NCBI RefSeq assembly: GCF_963921235.1
Contig: NC_086117.1
Coordinates: 43,214,001 to 43,278,000, forward strand
DNA: 64,000 nucleotides
Direction: 5' to 3'
From: Mobula hypostoma
Lineage: Eukaryota
The notes under the pieces are model-generated. The model had not been told where the DNA came from and did not search any database. It was given only the letters and a program-made list of their open reading frames with translations. How positions within the stretch are numbered: the stretch's first letter is position 1; each line of letters starts with the position of its first letter. The translations under genes and the position numbers were made by a program. Of the stretch, positions 28,273 through 38,937 are shown one piece after another.

Positions 28273-29118
28273 CTAAAATGAGCTTTGCTGATATTGTGGA
28301 AGTAATGCAGGAACATTTAGAACCAAAACCATTGTTGATTGCAGATTGGTTTAGGTTTCACAAGCAGAATCAAAAGGAATGGGAGTCTACTTTAGTGTAT
28401 GTAGCTGAATTAAGGAAGCGGAGCATTGTCATTTTCGTAATGGGTTAATGATGCACTGAGGGATCGTTTAGTTTGTGGAATCTTACAAGAAAACATTCAA
28501 AAACAACTCCTAACTGAAGCACAACTTACATTTAAAAGAGCAGTTGAAATAGCTGTATCAATGGAAACGGCATATGGAGATGCAATTGAGTTGTTGTCAG
28601 GAATGAAAGTGAGCATGAATAAAATTGCAACATTTAAACAGACACCAGCCTGGCTGAACAAATTGTATTACAGTTGTAGCAGGGTCTCGTATATACCAGA
28701 TAAATGCAGATTTAAAGGCAACACTTGCAGTAAGTAGGACACATGCAAAAAGCAAGTCAGACAGACAAAAAGAAATAGACTGTACAGGGTTAGAGAAAGT
28801 GATAAAAAGTCAAGCTGCAGTTTCAAAACAATCACTAATCTGCATCCCAAGGACGAAAAATTTGATAATGATAAGAGTGTCACAGGACTGGCTAGCCTTG
28901 AGATTTATATTATGAAAACTAACAATAGACAAGCAACATGGCTTACGCCAAATGTGAACAGAAAATTAATTAAAATAGAATGCAGATCCATCCACCATTT
29001 AAATGCCACATACCCTGCAAAAGAATCAACTGAAAGCAAATTAAGAAAGGTACTGGATGATGCCATATCTGTCTCCATACTGTACACTGTGAATTGTTGC
29101 CCAACAAAGGGCAAACAG

Positions 29119-29668
29119 GTGTTGGTGCCAACTTCTGCGTCTCTGGTTGGAAAGCATATTTCACCAAAGAAGGACATTGCTGCTCAGAGGAATCATGAAA
29201 GTGACGAAAACAGTGATCTGACTACAACAATTTTCATACACAACTTATTTGAGAAAGTTTCTGATATGTTAATCAGACAGTTACTTGTGAAATGTAGCTT
29301 GGTTTTAAGTTGGAAGAGAGTTCTGGGAGCTTCAGGAAATTTGTAAGCATTCAGCTTTTGTGAGTATAAGGAACCAAAATCTACACTGTGCATTATTGCA
29401 CGATCATCAAGTGGGAGACAGAAAGCTGCTTGTAAAAATAGACGCAAAGTCCAAAGTTCAGCTGGATGAATGAAAGGCCAAAAAGAAAGGAGTCAAAGGA
29501 GATATGAAAACAGAGTATTCGTCAGATGATATTGTAGATGAGGAAACCAAGAGCAGAGATCAGATTGCAAAGGGAACAATAGACGAATCAATAAGAGAAT
29601 ACCCTAGTAAAATAATGTCCCTTCCCAAGATCAAAATGCACAAACTAGAAGAAAAAGGATGAAGGAAG
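29119..29668 (+). pseudogene. RBM25: Processed fragment of RBM25 (RRM and following helix) inside the LTR element
   Basis: VLVPTSASLVGKH..TTTIFIHNLFEKVSDMLIRQLLVKCSLVLSWKRVLGASGNL*AFSFCEYKEPKSTL/LLHDHQVGDRKLLVKIDAKSKVQLDE*KAKKK..DEETKSRDQIAKGTI..IREY, recognised against vertebrate RBM25 (..ASDMLIRQLLAKCGLVLSWKRVQGASGKLQAFGFCEYKEPESTL..). Two stops, two frameshifts, no introns. Confidence 0.92.
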
Positions 29669-32469
29669 GTGTCCAGAGCAGTCAGAGTCCTCCTACAACT
29701 ACCACAGAGGAAGCCCCAGAACCCAAGACTGTTTCACAACCACAAGTCTCACCTACCAAGCAGAGTGATCCCCCTTGTCAGAAAAGACGTTATTCTACAA
29801 GACTAAGAAATTCGCCCAGTAATTAAATCTTTAGGCCAGAATGAAACAATTTAAAATTTACACTGCTGTGATTGTCTGTATATAGTAGTTGTATTATATA
29901 GTATACTGTGTATATAGTTGAGATACATTCTGTATTGATTTGGAGTTTATAGCTAAGCAGGGAGGAATGATGTGTATTTAATATTTCAGTAATATTTGAG
30001 TAAACTTGCATATATTGTTTGATTAGGCATTTTTATTTAAGTAATTCATTATGGATTTTATGTATAAATACGTGAATTGCATACATCATCATGCTACCAC
30101 TTGATACACACGCACCTCTCAAAGTAAAGAGTAAACTAAGACTTGCATCTCTCGTCTCTCCTTTTCCTTTGAATTAGTTTAATGTTTTGTAGTTACGAAA
30201 CATAACAGTCAGCTCTTCTTCTCTCCCAAGGCATAGCTTCTTCCTTCACTCATCATCTTAATCAAGATGGTGCTGAGATGCTGTTCGATCGAGATCATGG
30301 CTCAGACAGTTGTTTTTTTTTTAAATTTGTAAGGATGGTTTTGTGAACAGAGAGAGGAGTTGGGTGTCAGATTAAGATTTTGGGACAGGGATGTGGAGCC
30401 AGGCCTCCACTCAGCAATATGGATAGTTGACAAAGAACATCAGGAGTCGGGGCCTCTGCTTCACGCTCAAAGGCCAGAGATGTGGATGTAGGACGAAGGA
30501 CATCTGGAATTTATGCCTCTGCTCTGTGCTCCAAGGCCAGCAACATGGATGCACGATGAAGGACCTTGTAACTGTTGGGCTGTTCCAGGTCCTCTTGCCT
30601 CCTGCTCCCGGGGACTGGTCAGTTGACATGTCAAGAGTTCAAGCAGGGTCCTGTTGTCAGCTGCTCTAGGGGTTAACACTGAATACTGAAGCCCAAAGGT
30701 CGATTGAAAACCTGGAAGCTGGAAACTGGAGGCCTGTCCTGGATTTGGAGTACTGTTTATGTGCAAGGGTGGGTGGGAGGAAGAAAAGGGGCTTGATTTG
30801 CTAATGTTGTTTTGTTGCTTGTTACGTTCTGCTTTGTTATGTTTTGTGTTGTTCTGCTGAGCATTGTAGACATGTTATGTTTGCACTAGAATGTGTGGTG
30901 ATACTTGCAGGCTCCCTGTGTGTGCTGCCTGTTACACAAATGATGCATTTCACTGTACGTTTCGATGTACAGGTGATAAGTAAATCAGAATCTGAATATG
31001 AACCTGAATATGAGCTTGGCCACTAAATACATCCAACATTTTCCATTTTTTCTTTTGAATTCTGGTATCTGCAGCTTCTTTGTACCAATAGATACCAACG
31101 AGATGCTTCTCTTGGCCAAAAGCTTGAATAGGCACAGTCTCAGGATATTTAGGTTCAAGTTTAATTGTCATTCAGCCAAACATGAATATCTGTCAATACA
31201 ACCAAATGAAACAGTGCTGCACCGAGGTCAAGGTACGAAACACAGTACCGACAGTCGCACACAGCAGTTTATGAGTCCATGAATTTTCAGCGGTCTACAG
31301 TTGAACATGATAGTTTGCCTTCTGTCAAGTGAAAACAGGAGCACAGCAACAAATAGGAAGTGAATTTAAAGCTAAGATCAGGAGGAATTTCCTCCTTAAG
31401 AGATCGGGGAATATTTGGAATACTCTGTTCTTGAGGATTGTGGATGAGGAGTCATTGGGTACGTTCAAAGCAAAGAGAGCTCTGGGAAAATCAAGGGATA
31501 GCAAGTTCTGGCAGGAAAATGCAGGTACAAGATCAAGGTAAACGGTCAACAGGGTGTTAAATCAATCTTTCAGAGTAACATTGGAAACAGTATTTTATAG
31601 TTCTGGTGCTGGCAGCAGACACAATTAAGTAGAATTATGGACGCTCACTTGCCACCTCACTGGATATGGTATTACAATTTGAGGTTATGTGCATTCAAGT
31701 GGAGATTAGCTCCAAAGGATGTAGAGGTCAGCTCTGCACAGATACCTGATGTGCTAACTTTTACTTCATTTTCTGTTAGCTCTTTCCTTACAGCTTCACA
31801 AAGTTGATATTCCAAACAAAAGATATGAAATCATTGCCTAGTACTTAAGTGATTGGTTGGTGAATATGATTTGAGTGGAATAGCCCAAGTGATATAAAAG
31901 TACAACAATTAAAGTGATTTCTAGTGATGTTAAGAGTACTGACAATATTGGTAGAAGGGTTAACTACAACCTGAATAAAAATTGTTTGGTTAAGTAATCT
32001 CCATTATTGATGGAATTGTTGAGAAGACACACTTGGACTCCATTTAGGCCATTTTCCAATGACCTCTGTTGTCAGGGAAGGTAATGTCTACAAGGCAAGT
32101 CGGTAAACAATCTTTGTATTCCAGATACTCTGTGTAAGGCCCAATTTCTTGCATGTCTCATATATCTGGTAGCAATCCCACATAAACCTGGCATATTTGC
32201 TGTAAATGTGTATTTCCTAGATGTCATCTTCAATAATCCAATTTAATAAACTGAATGTGTGGAATGGTATTACTACAGGAAAACTAGATCTAAATCTTGG
32301 GAATCACCAGTACAAGCAAACCTAAATGCCTGCAAAATGAAATTACTGTTTCTTCCCTTCTTTGTTCTGGGTAAGCCATACATCATTAAGGACAACTTTT
32401 GCCACTGTTCAACATTGTTATTTTAAAACACAAGGTTTTGTGCATCAGAATCCTGAATGAAGCTGTATA

Positions 32470-33000
32470 TTTAGAACAAAACACAGGGGCAGGGCCTTCA
32501 GCCCATAATGTTGTGCTGAACCAGCTAAAAAGTAAATCACCACCCCCCCAAAAAAAATAACCTTCTTACCTACACAATGTCCACATCTCTCCATCTTCCT
32601 GACATTCATGCGCCTATCTAAACCTCTCTTAAAAGCCTCTAATGTATTTGCCTCTACCACCATACCAGGCAGGGCAACTGAGGCATCCATCATTCTCTCA
32701 GTAAAAACCCTACCCCTCACATCCCTTTTGAACCTACCCCCTCTCACCTACATGCCCTCTAGTATTAGATATTTCTACACTGGAAAAAAATTCCCTGTCT
32801 ACTCTATCTATACTGCTTATAATCTTAAAAACCTCCATCAGATCTCCCCCCAGCCTGTGCTGCTCCAAAGAAATCAACCCAAGTTGTCCAGCCTCTCATG
32901 ATAGCACATGTGCTCTAAACTAGGCAGCACCCTGGTAAACCACTTCAACACCCTCTCCAAAGCCTCAACCTCCTTCCTATAGTGGGGCGACCAGAACTCT
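32470..33000 (-). mobile_element. CR1 3' end
   Basis: RGGRFKRDVRGRVFTER..AFKRGLDR ORF2 C-terminus plus 3' UTR. Confidence 0.85.
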
Positions 33001-34016
33001 TCATCTCATATTCTTGAAATTTATTATTTCTTTCTTTTTGTATTTACAGTTTGTCATTTTTTGCACACTGGTTGAACACCCAAATTGGAGTGGTCTTTAA
33101 TTGATTCTATCATGGATTTACAGAGTATGCCCATAAGAAAATGAATCTCAGGGTTGTATATAGTGACATACATGCACTTTGATAATAAATTTACTTTTGA
33201 ATTTTCAACAAGGCCATAACCAGCTAGATTGTGAGGTCAAAAGTCCATCTTATCAACTTAGAAGACCATTCAATAGTCTTATAACAGTAGGACAGAAGCT
33301 GTCCTTCAGCCTAGTGGTACATGCAGTTTTGTATTTTCTGCCCAAAGGGACTGGGGTGAGGAGAGAATGCCCAGGGTGGGTGGGATCTTTGATTATGTCG
33401 GCTGCTTTACTAAGGCAGTGAAAAGAGTACACAAAGTCTACCTTAACATCAATCATAAAGGCACACAGCATAGAAACAAAACTTCCAGGCACCAATCACT
33501 GTGCTGACCAAATAGCTATCTTTACTATTTCTATTTCCCACCAATCAGCCCATGACCTTCTATGCCATGGTATTTCAAGCCTTTAGGTACATCATAAATG
33601 TGAGAGTCCGAAAGCACTTTAGAACTGATATTACTTTTACTTTGCAGTCACTGCAGTTATGTAAGAAAATGTGCCAATCATTATGTTCAATGATGTCACA
33701 CAAAAATATAAATGATGGGTTAATTGTTTCTCATGATTTTAGTAGAGATATTAACATTGGAAAAAAAGCCAAGAAAACTCCTAGCTATTTTTCAAATAGC
33801 GCATCTTATCTTTTATATTTTCTTGAGTAGGTAAATTAGGCTTAAATATAATCACTTGACATGCAATATTTTGCACCACATTGAAATAGTAGCCTTGCTT
33901 ATACACTTAGGTACATAAATAAATGAACACAGTTTGACTACTAACAAGAACATAATTACCATTATGAACTGAAATCATGCAAATTGTATACTTATATAGT
34001 TCAACACATTACTTAC

Positions 34017-34056
34017 GAGCTTTATTCATTCTCTGAAATGCTTTGTCCGATCTGTA
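34017..34056 (-). CDS. Short juxtamembrane exon of the type I membrane protein gene
   Basis: Strong acceptor tattttgtttctttttacttatAG (a second AG lies 5 nt downstream), donor CTC|GTAAGT. 40 nt; the only open frame is YRSDKAFQRMNKA, phase 0->1. Confidence 0.75.
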
Positions 34057-34805
34057 CTATAAGTAAAAAGAAACAAAATATAAATCAGATAAAGAAACAC
34101 ACACGCTACAATGTAGAACCTAACACACAAATAATATGCTAATTAAACTGATATAGCTCTATTGTTATACACTTTATTACTTTCACCTTGAGCTGAGTTA
34201 CCCAAGTAGTAAAAATGGATATTTGTTCCATAGTTCCAACACGATTGAGACAAGAAGGCTAGGTTGTTACTTCTGGCATAGCAACCACATCTACGAAGTC
34301 TTCTGTTGGATGGGACAGGCTACAGTAAAATAATCTGCCATCTGACCATAGTTCAGGATCTGACACACTTTGCAGTACGCTATGTCATGTACTCTCTCAA
34401 CTCCCCACACCCTGGCTCTCAAACTCTCTTCCCACTCACTAGGGCTTTGGCTCCCAAGCTCCCTTTCACTTACCCCATTTCCCATGATCCTTTTGTCTGC
34501 ATTCTTGCATTTCCCTTGTATGCAACAGGCCCAGTTCCCATACTTTCTCCAATTCACTAAACCTCACTTCCCACTCTACTTTCTGACTTGGCAGTTCCCA
34601 TTTCCCATCTTCCCTGCTAATTTCTTGGTGCCTTGAATGCTACACTTTTTTTTCTGGTGCCACAGAGCCCTATTTCCTATGTTCTTTTCTGATCTGCAAG
34701 CCCCAGTTCCCAAGCTCTTGCTTTAAACTTACTTGATTAACCAGGAAATTTACTATATACATTAATACCAAACACATTTTAATTCATTTTTCATCTTAAA
34801 ATGTG

Positions 34806-35463
34806 CATTTTTAATATCATCTCCAAGGTATTGAATATAGATATCTCTCCTCACCCGATTACTGCTATCTTTGGACTACCTAAAATTTCCAGTAATCTTT
34901 CCCCTTCAGCCCGTAGAATGATTGCATTTCTTACTTTAATGGCGAAAAGATGTATCTTACAACATTGGAAAGAGCTTAATGCTCCAACTACCTTTTTTTG
35001 GTTTTCTCAGACGATATTATGCTTGAATTTGGAGAAAATTAGAAGCAATCTTTATGACTCCTCATTTAAATTTGAACAGACTTGGAGATCTTTTATTCAA
35101 TATTTTCATTTAATGTAATATATACCCTTCCTGTTTTTTTTTATTGTTTTTAATGGAGGTCGGGATTGAGGGCGTGATTTTAAGTTTAACTCTGTTTGGT
35201 TTCAAGTTAGCCCATTGCTTTGCTTTGCGTTAGTTGCACGGTGGGTTTTTTTTGGGTTTTTTTTTTCCTTTTCTCTATTGATACATATATAAAAATTAGT
35301 ATACTATTATGTTACCTTGGTATGTTATGTTTAAATTACATTGTAGTATTTTTTCTGTATTAATATCTTCTGTAATTTTATTATATTCTAACAGTATATT
35401 AGTGTCTATATGGCTTACCTTTTTGTATACTTATTCAATAAAAAGATTTAAAAACAAACAAAC
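34806..35463 (+). mobile_element. 5'-truncated L1-clade LINE (ORF2 C-terminus and 3' UTR)
   Basis: Open 105-aa C-terminus with MAKRCILQHWK..P....W..LEKI..F..TW, then AATAAA and an A-rich tail. 8-bp TSD AAAATGTG (34798-34805, 35464-35471) at a TT/AAAA site. Confidence 0.88.
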
Positions 35464-35876
35464 AAAATGTGTTGGGTTATTAATAAAAATAACATCTAAT
35501 AATCTGGAAAATGTCAAATCAACACCTCTGAATTGCCAAACAGGTGGCATTATGGCGTTTTACTGTATTGTCAAATTGTTGAACTGTCACCTTATAACAT
35601 ACAATATATAACTTAGAATGGTTGCAGTAAAACAGTGAGGTGTGTATGAGAGTGATTTATATCACAAAAATTAGCATATTTCATAATTCAATGATTTTTT
35701 TTGAAAACTTATTTGTAGTGTCCTTTATTTTAATTTCGTGTCTAACCATATGAAGGAAAAAATATCAAACTATGACATTTTCTAATTAACCTATTCCTCT
35801 AAACTAGAAATATCTGCCACTTAGTGGTGTCTATATTGCATACTTCCCTTGGGGAAGTGACGAAAATAAAACTTAC

Positions 35877-35928
35877 ATCACCTTCTGGTAGATAAGGACA
35901 TTATTTGAACAATATTTACACTTCTCTC
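35877..35928 (-). CDS. Candidate alternative Cys-containing exon
   Basis: Acceptor tttgctaattaatttacgaacAG, donor GAT|GTAAGT. 52 nt, open only in phase 1->2: (G)EKCKYCSNNVLIYQKV. Confidence 0.45.
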
Positions 35929-36558
35929 CTGTTCGTAAATTAATTAGCAAATGAAACTTGTATGTGGTTGTCAACAATCTTCACATCAATCCTGAATGAG
36001 TTTACAGTAATTTACTGTTCCAATGGAATTTAACACTAAAATATAACCATACATGGAGGCTTGACTGCCAATGACCCAGAATTTAGGAGGCCTTGGAAAT
36101 ATACTTCAGCTGCTCCAGACTTATTACAATAATTGAAACACATACACATTTTTAGTAGGCTTCTCTTTCAGTAACAGTGAAACCAATCAGAGGTGATGCT
36201 CCATATTATCCAAAAATGGCTACCAGTATCCTAATCTAGACAGGTATCTGTATATCTACGTCAGAAATACGTGGTCAGTTTCACCAATATTAGCATAATG
36301 GTAAGTAATATGAATCTCATATAGAAGAGGTACTGGCTATATCATTTTCTCAATAGCACACATTAAACATGGGAGGATTGACCAATTATGAGTGGCTAAA
36401 GAAATTGTATCTACATTCTTTCAACTTTGTTAACATAAGAGGAGTATACTCAAACTTACTCCACTGAACTGCACCACTAAATGCAAAGTCCATTTAACAT
36501 ACACCAAAATAATATATGCCTGAGCTTTTATGGGTCTTTTATGGTGCAAACCACTCAC

Positions 36559-36740
36559 CTTCCTATCGAATATGATCACAGACTTAGCAGTAGTATTAGG
36601 AACTGAAAGTGAAGTTGGTATGGAATTCAGATTTGATGTCAAACTGGAAGCTGAAGGTACAGTAAGATGCTCTTTGATAAGTATTTCCAGTGCAGATGTA
36701 GATGGAACACGGGCTGTTATATTCTCAGTTTCAGTCCAAC
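36559..36740 (-). CDS. Ser/Thr-rich (mucin-like) ectodomain exon
   Basis: Acceptor ttttgatctaAG, donor AAG|GTGAGT. 182 nt, single open frame, phase 1->0: (G)WTETENITARVPSTSALEILIKEHLTVPSASSLTSNLNSIPTSLSVPNTTAKSVIIFDRK. N-glycosylation sequons NIT and NTT. Confidence 0.78.
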
Positions 36741-38180
36741 CTTAGATCAAAATTAACTACAAAAGGTTAGTCATCAAACAAAACAAATGCACAAATAAAT
36801 TAAACATGTGGCACATATCAAATTAGAAATAACTTAGAAAATGTGTAAGGTGGTTCAGTTGTTCTCTGATCTTGGCATCATTTCATCACTATAAAGAGGA
36901 GACATCATCAGTACACTGTTGACAAACTTACTGGAGTTCTTTGAGGATACGATAAGTGCAATGGATAGAGGGGAACAGATGGACATTATTTACTTGGATT
37001 TCCAGAAGGCATCTGATAAGGTGCCACATAAAAGACTTATCCATAAGACCGTAAGACGTAGGAGCAGAACTAGGCCACCTGCCCCATCCAGTCTGCTCTA
37101 CCATTCAATCATGCCCAATACTTTTTCCTCCTCCTCAACTCCAGTTCTCAGCCTTCTCCCCGTAACCTTTGATGCCATATCCAATCAAGTTCTATCAATC
37201 TCTGCCTTAAATACACCCAACAGCCTGGCCTCCTTAGCCGCAAGTGGCAACAAATTTCACAAATTCACCATCCTTAGGCTAAAGAAATGTCTCTGCATCT
37301 CTGTTTTGAAAGGGCGCCTCTCTATCCTGAGGCTATGCCCGCTTGTTCTAGATTCTCCATCATGGGAAACATCCTTTCCACATCTACTCTGTCTAGGCCT
37401 TTCAATATTCTAAAGGTTTCAATGAGATCCCCCCCATCCTTCTGAATTCCAGCGAGTACAGACCCAGAGCCATCACACGTTCCTCGTATGATAACCCTTT
37501 CATTCCCGGAATCATCTTTGTGAACCTCCTCTGGACCATCTCCAATGCTAGCACATCTTTTCTTAGATGAGGAGCCCAAAACAGTACACAATGATCAAGG
37601 TGAGGCCTCAGCATCACATCCTTGCTCTTGCATTCTGGACCTCTTCAAATGAATGTTAACATGGCATTTGCTTTCTTCACCACTGACTCAACCTGCAAGT
37701 TAACCTTTAGGGTGTTCTGCACAAGCACTCGTAGGTCCCATTGCATCTCAGATTTTTGGATTTTCTCCCCATTTAGAAAATAGTTCACACATTTATTTCT
37801 ACTACCAAGGTAAATGACTATGCATTTTCCAACATTGGGCAAGAAACTGGCAAATGAAATACATTCTCTTAATCTGTCCAAGTCCTTCTGTATCCTACCT
37901 GTTTCCTGAACTCTACCTGCCCCTCCACCAATCTTGTATCATCTGCAAACTTGGCAACAAAGCCATCCACACCATCATCTAAATCAGTTACATCGAGCAT
38001 AAAACGAAGTGGACCCAACATCGACCCCTGCGGAACACCACTAGTCACTGGCAGCCAACCAGAAATTTTTTTTATTCCCACTTGCTGCTTCTTGCCAATC
38101 AGCCAATGCTCTAACCATGTTAGTAACTTTCCTGTAATACCACGGGCTCTTAACTTGGTAAGCAGCCTCATGTGTGGCAC

Positions 38181-38937
38181 TGTTACATACCCCGTAACAG
38201 GATAAAGGACCAGCAGAAATAGAACACACTTGGAGTCTGGTTTTGCTGTTAACTAATTCTATTTTATTAGTAACTACACAATATAGTAATAAAACCAGAT
38301 AAATCAAACGGGTTAGCAGAGTTTATGCATATATAGGTGCCGAAATATAAAACCCAAACTCCTTCAACCTTAGGTGGTAATTGATACAGTCTTACAATGG
38401 TACATAAGCAAAGTCAGTTCAGTTCGTGATATTGNNNNNNNNNNNNNNNNNNNNNNNNNNNNNNNNNNNNNNNNNNNNNNNNNNNNNNNNNNNNNNNNNN
38501 NNNNNNNNNNNNNNNNNNNNNNNNNNNNNNNNNNNNNNNNNNNNNNNNNNNNNNNNNNNNNNNNNNNNNNNNNNNNNNNNNNNNNCGTAAGCTGATGCTG
38601 TCGATTCTTCCTGTTGTCCTCCGAAACTCCCAAGTTAGCCAAACTTGATCAACTTGAGTGCGCCGTCTTCAAGTGATAAACTACCAACCCAGGCAAGGGT
38701 TAGACACACTGGTAGACTCCACAGGGTCGCTCTTTCACGCACTAATAATCACAGATCGATTCCTCTTCATCGATCCTCGCTCCCACACTCGTGGGCACCT
38801 GAAAGTGTAGTGGTAATTTCACCACACCTTAGTGCGTCTGTGTGTCCTTTTTCTTGTGTGTCCAAAAGTCAGTCTCATTCTCCCAACATTTTAAAGTGAC
38901 AGTCCACAGAAAATATGAACCCTAGGGGTACATAACA
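38181..38937. mobile_element. Solo LTR (or gap-collapsed LTR element) inserted in CR1
   Basis: TG...CA ends with imperfect inverted termini TGTTACATACCCC / GGGGTACATAACA. Perfect 5-bp TSD GGCAC (38176-38180, 38938-38942). Spans the N gap. Confidence 0.8.
38435..38585. other. Assembly gap (151 N)
   Basis: Run of N. Confidence 0.99.

Larger units (their letters stand above)
27599..30207 (+). mobile_element. Degenerate non-autonomous Gypsy LTR retrotransposon carrying a captured RBM25 fragment
   Basis: LTRs at 27599-27793 and 29968-30207 (TG...AACATAACA), TSD TTCAG/GTCAG, PPT AGCAGGGAGGAA. Gag remnants MQEHLEPKPLLIA..FRFHKQNQ..DRLVCGILQENIQKQLLTEAQLTFKRAVEIAVSME and integrase tail RRYSTRLRNSP. 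No RT/RNase H/IN core. Confidence 0.9.

Noticed and set aside
28912-29346. 144-aa ORF as a functional RBM25 gene
   Set aside because: Stop within the RRM, later frameshifts, no introns, and embedded between LTRs.
34017-34056. Resemblance of AFQRMNKA and the overall architecture to equatorin or CD34-type sialomucins
   Set aside because: Only a few residues plus generic topology; insufficient for a gene symbol without a profile search or synteny.
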